Assembly (NCBI GenBank): GCA_030390025.1 | Contig: CM059452.1 | Location: 7,750,001 to 7,814,000 of the forward strand | Reading direction: 5' to 3' | DNA: 64,000 nt | Origin: Squalus acanthias | Taxonomy: Eukaryota | In this document: piece after piece, positions 1 to 11,544 of the stretch | How positions within the stretch are numbered: the first letter of the stretch is position 1 | Layout: the number at the start of each line of letters is the position of its first letter | The notes under the pieces: generated by a model | What the model was told of the DNA's origin: nothing | The model's input: only the letters and a program-made list of their open reading frames with translations | The model's database searches: none | Made by a program: the position numbers and the translations under genes

Positions 1-423
1 TCGTTCTAATATCACGGCTCCATAAACCACTCCGACAACAGACGGGATCATTAGTTCATGAGTTCACTGACCCGTGAGGGAAAGCTCACTGGAGTCGGTA
101 AAAGTAACGAATGGCTCGCGGAATAAAACAAACCTATTCGCAATGATGTGCTTTCCGTTCTGAATGAACAGCCAAGGGTTTCATTCCCACCCCGGTCTCT
201 AAAAGCGGAACCATTCCCCTATAAGGACACTGACTATAGCCCAGCTCGGGCTGTTTCCATTCACTGGCAGCCAGCTCACCACCTACCGGTCTCACAGCAC
301 CACTGGGGATACAAGGAAGTGAGGTGAGAGCATCCTGAAACATGACAGCACATTATTGTGGGCAGGGATTAGAACGGGTGTCTTCAAATAGCCAACCCCC
401 CTTTTACAGAGCGGACAGCGGTA

Positions 424-889
424 ATGCGGCTACTCAGCATCTGGGCTGTGTGGGGGGCATTTCTGACAGGTAATTGTGGACCAAACACATTTCATCTTTT
501 CTCTCATTTCTAACATGGTTTGAATCTGAATTTTAAACACCCGCCGGTCTGATCTTTTCCTGTTTGTACATGTTTTTCAGATCTGAGTCTTGGAGATTCT
601 GTCACTCAGCCGCTGTCCTCAGGAGTTAAGACAGAAGGAGAAGCGGTGACTTTAAGCTGTACCTATGATACTACACAGAGCGGCTATTTTTTATACTGGT
701 ACCGGCAACACCCAGACACACAGCCCGAGTTTATACTGAGCAAATACTGGAGCGGTGCTGAAGTTAAAGCAGATTTTGCTAAAACCCGTTTCTCTGCTGA
801 GCTCCAGACCTCGACTAAATTCACCAGTTTAACCATCTCGGGGTTGCAGCTGACTGACGCTGCCGTGTATTACTGTGCTCTCTGGAACT
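424..889 (+). CDS. TCR alpha/delta V segment, family A (leader 424-469, V exon 581-889), intact
   Basis: Leader MRLLSIWAVWGAFLT with GT donor at 470; AG acceptor at 579-580. V exon DLSLGDSVTQ..VTLSC..YWYRQ..DAAVYYCALWN. RSS: CACAGTG 890-896, 23-bp spacer, ACAAAAACT 920-928. Confidence 0.93.
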
Positions 890-1271
890 CACAGTGATGG
901 AAAGCAGTCTCAGCCCTGTACAAAAACTGCCATTGGACTGTAGGGCGGAGCTCCTGTCTGTTGGGGTTGTGTGGAATCGCGGGCAGATGCAGCCACAATG
1001 AGCAGCGCGCTGTCAGGCGCTCAAACACACACCGAGAGGAAACCAAATTAACCTCGGATCAAACTGTCACCCAACTGTTTCCAGGAGTGGCCGAGAAAAC
1101 AAACTGCAGAATCCAATCGGCCCGAAAGATCGATCACAGAATGAACCGACCGGTTAAACTGTCCTTTCTGCTTCTGATCAGCTGTTTTCCCTTAAAGTCA
1201 TAGATCGATGTTCAGATCAGCTCCGAGAAAGAGGTTGCTGACAGCGCCAGGAACTTCCTGCTGGTCGCTCC

Positions 1272-2460
1272 GTTTTTTTATTCGTTTATGGGATGTGGGC
1301 GTCGCTGGCAAAGCCAGCATTTATTGCCCATCCCTAGTTGCCCTTGAGAAGGTGGTGGTGAGCCGCCTTCTTGAACCGCTGCAGTCCGTGTGGTGATGGT
1401 ACTCCCACAGTGCTGTTCGGCAGGGAGTTCCAGGATTTTGACCCAGCGACGATGAAGGATCGGTGATACATTTCCAAGTCAGGATGGTGTGTGACTTGGA
1501 GGGGAACTTGCAGGTTGTGGTGTTACCATGCGCCTGCTGCCCTTGTCCTTCTAGGTGGTAGAGGTCGCGGGTTTGGGAGGTGCTGTCGAAGAAGCCTTGG
1601 CGAGGTGCTGCAGTGCATCTTGTAGATGAACACACTGCAGCCACGGTACTCTGGTGGTGGAGGGAGTTAATGTTTAAGGTGGTGGATGGGATGCCAATCA
1701 AGCGGGCTGCTTTGTCCTGGATGGTGTCAAACTTCTTGAGTGTTGTTGGAGCTCCACTCATCCAGGCAAGTGGAGAGTATTCCATCACACTCCTTACTTG
1801 TGCCTTGTAGATGTTAGAAAGGCTTTGGGGATTCAGGAGGTGAGATATTTGCCGCAGAATACCTAGCCTCTGACCTGCTCTTGTTGCCACAGTATTTATG
1901 GGGCTGGTCCAGTTAATTTTCTGGTCAATGGTGACCCCCCAGGATGTTGATGGCGTGGGATTCGGCAATGGTAATGCCGTTGAATGTCAAATTGCCGTGA
2001 TTAGACTCTCGCTTGTTGTAGATAGTCATTGCCTGGCACTTGTGTGGCGTGAATGTTACCTGCCACTTATCAGCCCAAGCCTGAACGTTGTCCAGGTCTT
2101 GTTGCATTCGGGCATGGAGTGCTTCATTATCTGAGGAGTTGTGAATGGCACTGAACACAGTGCAGTCATCAGCGAACATCCCCATTTCTGACCTTATGTT
2201 GGCGGGAAGGTCATTGATAAAGCAGTTGAAGATGGTTGGGCCTAGGTCACTGCTCTGAGGAACTCGTGCAGCGATTTCCTGGGGCTGTGTTGATTGACCT
2301 TCAACCAACACAACCATCTTCCTTTGTGCTGGGTATTATTCCCGCCAGTGGAGAGGTTTCCCCCAATTCCCATTTACTTCAGTTTTACTAGGGCTCCTTG
2401 ATACCACACTCGGTCAAATGCTGCCTTAATATCAAGGACAGTCACTCTCACCTCACCTGT
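1272..2460 (-). mobile_element. CR1-clade LINE 3' fragment (HER1-like), degenerate
   Basis: RT motifs MFADDCTVF and YKAQVRSVMEYSPLAW in frameshifted ORFs 1321-1968 and 1925-2317. The 3' tail (GGATGGGCAATAAATGCTGG..GCCAGCGACGCCCACATCCC, then A-rich) is shared with the SINE at 34.0-34.5 kb. Confidence 0.85.
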
Positions 2461-4636
2461 AAGACAGGAGCTGGTTCCCATATTCTGCCTGTGTGTGTTA
2501 TTTCATTCAGTGTATTCCTTCGAACCCGGATATTTAATGAGCTCTGTCCGTGCTTCAGTTTTCCCTCTGGAGGCTGGAATAAATTGCCATTCAGTGGTTC
2601 AGTTGGATCACACCCTATCAATGATTAAAGCGGCCATGAAGGACAGAGTTTCCCACAATGTACAGCGGACCAGAAAAGCTCCTTTGTCGACCACGGGCTG
2701 CGCTGCACAATGGGAGCACTGTTCGCACATGGGCCACTCGCCAACCGCGTTAAAAGTCGCTATCTGTATCTTTATCTCTGTCGCATATTTTCTCCTTTTT
2801 ATTAAGAAAGGGAGACTTTTTCTTTCGTGGAAATTGAAGTCACACGTCACATCGCACGTCACACAAACATGGCCGCCGCCGCTTTGCCCTGCAGTGGATG
2901 ACCCCACAATCCATTCTAAACGTCACAGTACCGTAATTGGCTGCTTTTCACATTCAGTCACGGACAGAGTCAGAGGAAGTCTACAGCGTCCACTCTAAGC
3001 TAAAGTGTTCCAGTTTGTGCAGCCTGTGACCCCTGACTCAGGGCTGCGACCACGGGGGAATGTGTCACCCCGGGGCGTCTTAAAGGGGCCCTGCACCGCC
3101 AGAGAGTCCTCGAGCCTGGGGTCAGGACAGGGACGGGGGGACAAAGTGATGGTTGCTAAAAGTAATTGTAACTCCATCCATTCCCAAACTTCCTTCCGAG
3201 CCCTGCAGAAGGGCCGCTAATTCTTCCCTCCCTTACCCTGATGTGCGATTCAAACACAAGAGACATCACGCCTGAACTCCGGGAGTTTCGAGGAAAAGCA
3301 GCATCCCAGCAGAAGGAACATTCTGGAAGATACTCGGGCCTGGCCAGAAACATCTGGACATGTTCAGGTGGCCGGGAGGCTCCGAAGCAATCCGATAAGA
3401 CGGTAAAGGAGGAGGAGCGAAACTTTATTGAAACAGGGAGAGAAGGTCTGAAGGTCACTGACGGAACCCTGGAGTGATGTTCAGTGAGTTCGGGTAGATG
3501 GTTTCAGAGGGCATTGAGCAGAGCAGCAAGAAATGATCCCTGGGGTGAAGTTAGGTGAGTTCAGGTAGATTGAGCAGAGCAGGTAGACAGATCAACAGGG
3601 ATACAGGAGACAGAGGGTCAGGGTTAATGTGTGTGGCTCAGATTGGAGAAGGGTTGGATCTGGTTACCACAGAGCTCGGCCTACTTTATTCCTCGGTCCG
3701 TGGGAAACATTTGGACTCGGGTCTCCTTTAAAGGGGCGAATCCAAAATAAAAATACATTCTATGGTGCCCATCCCGAGAGGACGGCTCCACTCGCACACT
3801 TGGCTGAACAAAACCAAAATGATGTTCCATAATAATTGAATTTTGCCCGTCTTTCATAAAATCTGTATTCAGCGGTGACTACCGGCCGCAGAAAGTTCCA
3901 AATGTACCTGTGGACACCGCGTGATCCCTCACCTGCTCTCTATCAAATACAGACTCTCCTTCTTTCCTCTCTGCCTTGGACGTCTGAGTGTGTGTAAACA
4001 AAACAGATGGCGATAGAGTCTGTGTGTCAGTTCGGCCCAGTCTCTGGGAATCATTCCCAGTGTTTGTACTTCCTGGTGTGCCTGTGTCAAATATCTAACC
4101 CATGCTGTACCTGCCCTGGGCGTGTTTGATGGGAAAGAAAGAAAAATAAAGACTTGCATTTATATAGCGCCTTTCACGACCACCGGACGTCCCAAAGAGT
4201 TTCACAGCCAATTAAGTACTTTTTGAAGTGTAATCACTGTTGTAATGTAGGGACAGTGTAGAGGGAGATTTACTCTGCCATGTACTGTACTGTAGGGCTG
4301 TGATGGAGCAGAGCCCTGCTCTTTAATAGAACCTGTCATGTGACTGTGACAGACCATAATATTAGAGGGGACTGCGAGGTCGCTGTGCAGTCATTCCGCC
4401 TCTGGGCCTTGATATGAAAAGGCAGGGGTAAAGGTGTCGTACTCTGATGGGACACTGGGTGGCGCAGTGGCTCCTTAACGGGAGAGACTTGGGTTCAAAT
4501 ACAACCCAGACAGGACGGGTGAAAAATACCTGTCAGGGAAATAGAACAAAGTGTGATAGGCAAAAGGGAGCGGTGTGGAGGAGCCTTGGAGAAAGGAATT
4601 CAGCAAAGTCCAAGTTAGTTAATTTGTCATTCCAGA

Positions 4637-4642
4637 TTTATT
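4637..4642 (-). terminator. Candidate poly(A) signal for membrane IgM mRNA
   Basis: AATAAA on the minus strand about 435 bp past the TM2 stop. An alternative AATAAA lies at 5009-5014. Confidence 0.5.
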
Positions 4643-5076
4643 AATAATTTCACAGAGAACAATTTACAGAGAAGTTTTTAAAAAGTTAACATCAAAGTGA
4701 ATATAACAACTGAGCGTCACATTGAGACCAGAATACAGGCGGTCTGAGCTGCCAGTTATCTGTACAACTGTAACAGACACCAGGAGCTCAACATAAAGAG
4801 AAGGGAACAATCGTGGATTAGGAACGAGAAACGTTATTATTTACACATGAAACATTCAAACAACTGTAAGATGCATTTACATTATGGTCACGATTATCTC
4901 AAACATTTCAAACACAGAGACGGAAATCCCGTTTATGATTTTCTCAGCTACAGATTCTGATCTATTAAGTGAAGGCATTTGACTCTGAGAATCACCAAGA
5001 GGATATATTTTATTTTCATGACACAGAGATGTTAATAAACAAAGGAGGAAAATCCACGGCGTCCAAATTCAACCGT

Positions 5077-5085
5077 TCACTTCAC
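5077..5085 (-). CDS. IGHM: IgM TM2 exon (VK-stop)
   Basis: atctctctgtcacag|GTG AAG TGA completes the KVK cytoplasmic tail after TM1. Confidence 0.82.
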   Translation of the reverse strand: MK

Positions 5086-5216
5086 CTGTGACAGAGAGAT
5101 AAAAGAATGAAGCAGAGATTTAGTGGTTTGTGGCATTTATCTCAGGGATTTATCAATGAAACTTTGTCAAACCACTTCAGTCAGATTGAAGTGTGAATGG
5201 ATTGAGTCTTTTCAAC

Positions 5217-8200
5217 TTCTTCTCATCTTAGGCAGTCCCTGGGAACCGAGGATGACTTGTTTCCACACTAACAATGGGTTCTCAGGTGACTGATGAGTCC
5301 AATGCGGGACCGACAGTCTCTGTCACAGGTGGGGCAGACGGTGGTTGAAGGGGCGGGTGGGTGGGGTGCTTGGGTTGACGTGCGCTCCTTCTGCTCTTTG
5401 CGCTTGGCTTCCGCTTGCTCCCGGCGAAGAGACTCGAGGTGTTCGGCGCCTTCACGGATGCTTCTTCTCCACTTTGTGCAGTCTTGGGCCAGGGATTCCC
5501 AGGTGTCGGTGGGGATGTTGCACTTTTTCAAGGAGGCTTTGAGGGTGTCCTGGAAGCGTTTCCTCTGCCCACCTGGGGCTCTCTTGCCGTGTCGGAGCTC
5601 CGAGTAGAGCGCTTGTTTTAGGAGTCTCGTATCGGGCATGCGGACAATGTGACCCGTTCATCAGAGCTGATCGAGCGTGGTCAAAGCTTCGATGCTGGGG
5701 ATGTTGGCCTGAGCGAGCACACTGACGTTGGTGCGCCTAACCTGCCAATGGATTTGCAGGATCATGCGGAGGCAGCGTTGGTGTTACCTCTCCAGTGCTT
5801 TGAGGTGCCTGCTGTACATGGTCCATGTCTCTGAGGCATACAGCAGGGCGGGTATCACTGCTGCTCTGTAGACCATGAGCTTGGTGCTGGGTATGTGGCA
5901 CTGGTCTTCAAACACTCTCTTCCTCAGGCGACCGAAGGCTGCACTGGCACACTGAAGGCGGTGTTGGTCTTCGTCATCGACGTCTGCCATTGTTGACAGT
6001 AGGCTGTCGAGGTATGCAAAGTGGTCCACGTTGTCCAAGGCCTCGTCATGGATTTTGATAATCAGGGGGCAGTATTGTGTGGGGAGGGCAGATTGGTAGA
6101 GGACCTTTGTCTTCCGGATGTTTAGTGAAAGGCCCATGCTCTCATACGCTTCGGTGAAGGTGTTGACGATAGTTTGGAGTTCGGCCTCAGAGTGTGCGCA
6201 GACGCAAGCGTCGTCTGCATACTGTAATTCGATGACAGAGGATGGGACGACCTTGGATCTGGACTGGAGGCGACGGAGGTTGAACAGTTTTCCGTTTGTT
6301 CTGTAGATTAGCTCCACTCTAGCAGGGAGCTTACTGAGGGTGAGATGGAGCATTGCAGCCAGGAAGATCGAGAAGCGCGTTGGTACGATGACACAGCCTT
6401 GCTTGATACGCTTCGTACGTGAATTAGGTCTGTGGTAGATCCGTTGGTCAGGATCCTGGCTTGCATGTCATCGTGAAGCAGGCAGAGGATGGTTACAAAT
6501 TTTTGATGGCACCCGAATTTGCGGAGGATACTCCATAATACCTCACGGTTGACAATGCTGAAGGCCTTTGTGAGGTCAAAGAAGGCGATGTACAGTGGTT
6601 GGTGCTGTTCCCTGCATTTCTCTTGTAATTGACGTGCGGTGAAGATCATGTCCATTGTGCCCCTTAGTGGGCGGAATCCGCATTGCGACTCTGGGAGGAG
6701 CTCTTCAGCCACTGGGAGAAGGCGATTGAGGAGGATTCTTGCGATGACTTTCCTTGTGGCAGTCAGCAGGGAGACTCCTCTGTAATTACCGCAATTGGAC
6801 TTGTCACCTTTCTTGAGGATGGTCACCATTACGGCATCTCTGAGATCCCCTGGCATGCTCTCCTTCTTCCAAATAAGAGAAATGAGTTCATGTATTCGCG
6901 CCAATAGTGTTTCTCCGCCATGCTTCAGCGCCTCGGTGGGGATTCCATCTGCTCCTGAGGCCTTGTTGTCCTTCAGTTGTCGGATGGCCTTTTCAACCTC
7001 ATGCCGGGCTGGGGTTGTGCTGAGGTGGTTGCGGGTAGCGTGCTGCTGGATGGAGTTGAGGACACTCGCTTCGAAGACAGAGTCTCGGTTAAGGAAATCT
7101 TCGAAGTGCTCCTTCCAGTGGGCACTGACTGCCTCTCTGTCCTTGATGAGTACCTCTCCGTTCTTGGCCCGCAGTGGGGTAGGGCCTTGGGTGCTTGGGC
7201 CATAGATGGTCTTGACTGCGCTAAAGAATCTACACACGTTGTGGTTGTCGGCTTGTTGCTGGATCTCCTGCGCTTTCTCCACCCACCATCTGTTCTTTAG
7301 GTCGCGAGTTTTTGTTGGACCTCGGCCTTCAGGCGTCTGTAGAGCTGCTTTCTTGCTCTCTTGTTCTGTTTCTGCTTCCAGATCAGGAATGCCTTGCGCT
7401 TGCGGCTTATTAGCTCCTGGATCTCCTGGTCGTTCTCGTCGAACCAGTCTTGGTGTTTCCTGGTCGAGTGACCGAGTGTCTGTTCACATGTGCTGATTAT
7501 GGAGGCCTTGAGTGCAGACCAAGCGCTGTGGACACTTTTGTCTCTGCATTACTGGGAGCCGTCACGTTGTTTTTGAGGCGCAGCCTGAATAGGGCTTTCT
7601 CAGCAGGGTGTTTGAGTGCTCCAGCGTTGATTTTCCTGCGCCATTATTTCTGTTGCTGACGCTGTTTTGGGGCTACATTGATGGAGATGACAGAGCAGAT
7701 TAGGCGGTGGTCTGTCCAGCAGTCGTCAGCTCCTGTCATGGCGCGGGTGATATGGACATCCTTGCTCGGACGATGACGTAGTCCAGCAGATGCCAGTGCT
7801 TGGACCGAGGGTGTTGCCTTGAAGCCTTGTACCTGTCTCTCTGACGGAACAAAGTGTTGGTTTTGACAAGGCCAGGTTCTAAGCATTTCGTCAGGAGGGT
7901 ACCGTTGGAGTTGGCTTTCCCTACCCCTTCTCTGCCGATCACACCTCCCCAGAGGTCTGTGTCCTTTCCAACTCTGATGTTGAAGTCGCCGAGGAGGATC
8001 AGCTTGTCGCCCTTTGGGACTCGGGACAGGGATTGTTGGAGACTGAAGTACACTTCCTCTTTGGTCTCCTCTGTGGCTTCCAGTGTTGGGGCGTATGCAC
8101 TGATGACCGTAGCGCACTGATTCTGGGCTAGGGTGAGCCGTAGAGTCATGAGGCGTTTGTTTATTCCACAAGGGGAGTCTCTGAGACATTCAACTAGCTC

Positions 8201-8595
8201 ATTTTTTATGGCGAAGCCTATCCCATGGAGACGGCGTTCTTCTTCAGGTTTGCCTTTCCAGAAGAAGGTGTAACCACCACCTTGCTCCTTGAGCTGGCCT
8301 TCCCCTGCCCACCGGGTCTCGCTTAGGGCGGCGATGTCCATGTCGAAACGTCTGAGCTCCCGGGCAACAATAGCAGTACGGCCTTCCAGTCTGTCACTGT
8401 TGGGGTTGTCCATGAGAGTCCTGACGTTCCAGGACCCGAACTTCATTTTAAAGGGTGGAAAATGCCTGTGCGTGAATTCTTTTAACGTGGGGTGGCAGTT
8501 GCACACCAGCTACCACACGGGCTTGACAAAGCAAAGTCTTGGTCCAATGGAAAGGGGATCCAAGACGATTGGAGACCAGGCTCTGCTACATCGGC
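5217..8595 (-). mobile_element. Near full-length RTE-clade LINE (AP endonuclease + RT), frameshifted, in the TM1-TM2 intron
   Basis: MKFGSWNVRTL..DIAALSETRW..ILLGDFN (APE domain); PESQCGFRP, FFDLTKAF and LQYADD (RT); C-terminal CPTCDRDCRSRIGLISHLRTH. Split over several frames. Confidence 0.92.
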
Positions 8596-8719
8596 CGAGC
8601 ACACACACACAAACATACTCCAACTGCCCTCCTCCCTCCTCCCGCAGGTCCTCTCTGCCTGGGTTTCACACGCTGCAGTGTGGTCCCCCCGACCCCGCTG
8701 CTGGTCCACGCTGCGCCAC

Positions 8720-9130
8720 TCCTGGGCCTCGACCTCGCTGCTGGGCTCGTCCTCGCTCCTGGGCCTCGTCCTCGCTCCTGGGTCCCGACCTCGCTCCTGG
8801 GCCCCGTTCTCGCTCCTGGGTCCCGACCTCGCTCCTGGGCCTAGATCTCGCTCCTGGGCTCCGTACTCGTCCCTGGGCCTCGTCCTCGCTCCTGGGCCTC
8901 GACCTCGCCCCTGGGTCTTGTCCTCGCTCCTGGGTCCCGACCTCGCTCCTGGGCCTCGACCTCGCTCCTGGGTCCCGAACTCGCTCCTGGGCCTCGTTCT
9001 CGCTCCTGGATCCCGTCCTCCTTTTAGTGTGTCTCCTTCCAGTGAGTGTGTCCCGCGGTGCGTCTCCTTCCAGTGAGTGTGTCCCACGGTGCGTCTCCTT
9101 CTAGTGAGTGTATCCCGCGGTGCGGCTCCT
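8720..9130. repeat. GC-rich minisatellites (about 19-bp CCTCGCTCCTGGGCCTCGA-like and about 30-bp GTGCGTCTCCTTCCAGTGAGTGTGTCCCGCG-like units)
   Basis: Visible tandem repetition; it produces the spurious ORFs at 8289-9135. Confidence 0.85.
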
Positions 9131-9142
9131 TCCACTTCTCAC

Positions 9143-9270
9143 CTTCACGAGAGTGACGGCAGTGCTGTAGGAAATGCTCAGGACGAACAGGATGATGAAT
9201 GTGGAAGCGGTTGTCCAGATGTTGCCGTTCTCTTCCTCATAGTCTTCAATCGAGATGTGGTCTGAGGAAT
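9143..9270 (-). CDS. IGHM: IgM TM1 exon
   Basis: ccccgtag|(D)SSDHISIEDYEEENGNIWTTASTFIILFVLSISYSTAVTLVK|gtgag. Typical Ig transmembrane (CART) pattern, in phase with the internal Cmu4 donor at 14069. Confidence 0.93.
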
Positions 9271-9914
9271 CTACGGGGATGTAGAGGCGGAAATATATTA
9301 AGATCGTTTATTAATCCAAGATATCATATTATTATTATATATTCTCCTTTCTTTTCCTTAAGTTATTAGTTTGTTCTCTAATTTATTTTTTAATGTATAT
9401 CTTGTGTTAATTTAATCACTCTCAGCAATCTATCTCTGTTCCTAACTCCACAGCCGATCTTCCTTTATGATCCTCCTAAAGTCCGTGTTGGACAATATGA
9501 CATTTTTTCTTCAATGACATACGCAAATTGATTTTGCATTAATTTCGTACGATTTATCAGTCGGGAATAATATGATAAAATATCGAGGGATGTTTACTGA
9601 CTAAAATCGATTATTTTAACGACAGGTTTTTATAGATAGTTATTTGGAGACTGTCAAGGGAGCTGGGAAAGAGATCAGATGTGAGTTATAATCTTGCTTA
9701 TTTGTTTCTTATGGCAATGCTCTGAACATAATTAACTTGTATCAGTTTCCAACAAGAACATTGATTCAGTGTATGTGTAGGACCAGAATAGAGAAATGTG
9801 AGATGTTACGTTATCAGGAATTATTTATTCAGTACAATCGTTGAAGACTGTGTCCGTAAAAACTGCATTTTAATTCTACATTCGTCGATAGCCTGACGTT
9901 TTTTGGGCGCTTTA

Positions 9915-10450
9915 GTGATTGTGTTTGTGTGTACGACGAACTTTTGTTTTGGATTAGTCTGAGTTTCTGTGTTAATGTGTGTGTTGATGTGTAAGTGTGT
10001 GTGTATTTATGTTTAAGTGTGTGCGTGTTTTGTATAAGTGTTTGTCTATATTTACGTGTCAGCACGTGCGTATTTAGGTGCAACTGTGTGTGTTTGCCTG
10101 TATGTGTGTGTGTTTGTGTGTAATTGTGTATGTGTTTATGCAAGCGTGTGTGTGTGAATGCGTGTGTTTGTGTGTGTTTTGTGTAATTGTGTGTGTGTAT
10201 TTTTGCTATTGTTCAAAGTTTCAGAGAGTACCAATAACTGGGTCTGATAATGACGCTGTGTATTATATTCTGGGTATGTGTAATATACGGTGTCAGTGTG
10301 TTAATGTGTGTGTTTGTGTGTAAATCTGTGTGTGCTTGTGTGTAAGTGTGCACTTACAATAAACACACATACTTACACAAAATCGCAAACACACTTACAC
10401 ATAAACACAGACACACTCACTTTACACGCATTCTTCCCCGCTCTGTGTAA
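9915..10450. repeat. Degenerate (TG)n/(CA)n low-complexity tract
   Basis: Long imperfect TG dinucleotide runs. Confidence 0.8.
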
Positions 10451-10651
10451 ATGTGTTCTGTGTGAGACGCAATGTGACGTCAACCGATGGAATGCAATAA
10501 TTCAACCGATGGGCCGCAGAACCATCAGAGACACAACCGTGAGAAACCCGCAGAGGATTCAATCACCAGTTAGATTTGGACTATTAAAATACAATCTGTT
10601 AGTTTACAAATAACAGGGACAGGTTTACTCCCAGCACTTGTTAAAGATAAT

Positions 10652-11415
10652 GGGCCAAAAATTCGGCACTTGCCGGGTGAGTACGCGCTGTGTGCTCACC
10701 CGGGAGAGGCTCCTGAAGTGCCGGTTTCCTGCATGCACTACGCATGCGCGGGAAAACGGAACTACCGGTTTCGTGAAGGGACCGGTTCAGAGGTGAACCG
10801 CGTGCGCGGTAGAGGCTCCGCGCACGCAACGAACTTAGGTTTTTTGTAGGTTTCTCCGGGAGGGTAAGTATTGAAGAAGCTGCGCTTTTAAAAAGGAGGC
10901 GCGAGACCCGTTTTCAACAAGGTAAGTGGTTAATTAATTACAATTTAAATTTTTTTCCAACAGGTTTATCTTTTTTAGATACTTTAAAGAAACGTAAGTG
11001 TATTTTTAGCACTGTTAAAAAGAATTTTAATTTTTTCAAAAATTTAAATTTTTGTTTAAAGTAGTTAATTTATTTAACTTATAGTTATTTTAAAAATGTG
11101 ATGTTTTTTAAAAATGTATTTTAAGTTTAGGTTTTGTTTTGGGGCCGATTTCAATTCAAAGATTTGACAGGTCTTCCTGTAAAATCATTGAATGAAAGAT
11201 GGTCTGCTGCCATTGGCTCTCCATGGCCCACGTGATCCCAGGGGACGCATCATACTAACTACGCCCCTGGGATACACAAGCACTGCGCGCAGGCAGTTGG
11301 GGGAGGCCCAGGAGCTGAAGTCCCCATGGGCCGAGAGGTCAACGGCAAGCACGGTAGGTAGGTGCGCGCGGGATCCTTGCACCCGCGGAAAGCCAGGGAG
11401 CCTAATTTCTGGGCC
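10652..11415. mobile_element. Non-autonomous TIR element (MITE-like), copy 1
   Basis: Ends GGGCCAAAAATT...AATTTCTGGGCC; internally homologous to 60746-61505; no coding capacity. Confidence 0.72.
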
Positions 11416-11544
11416 AATATGTTGACTAAATATTTATAACACAAAATGATTCCCATGCGGCAAGATTAATGTTTTCGGACATTGAGTTAGAAGCTGACTT
11501 ACTACTGATGGCAACTGAGTTCATATAATTGAGATTGGTTCACC

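Noticed and set aside
8289-9135. Long ORFs (194-271 aa) as novel genes
   Set aside because: Translations of minisatellites and antisense LINE sequence. The same applies to ORFs at 11748-13617, 18348-18721 and 53449-54540.
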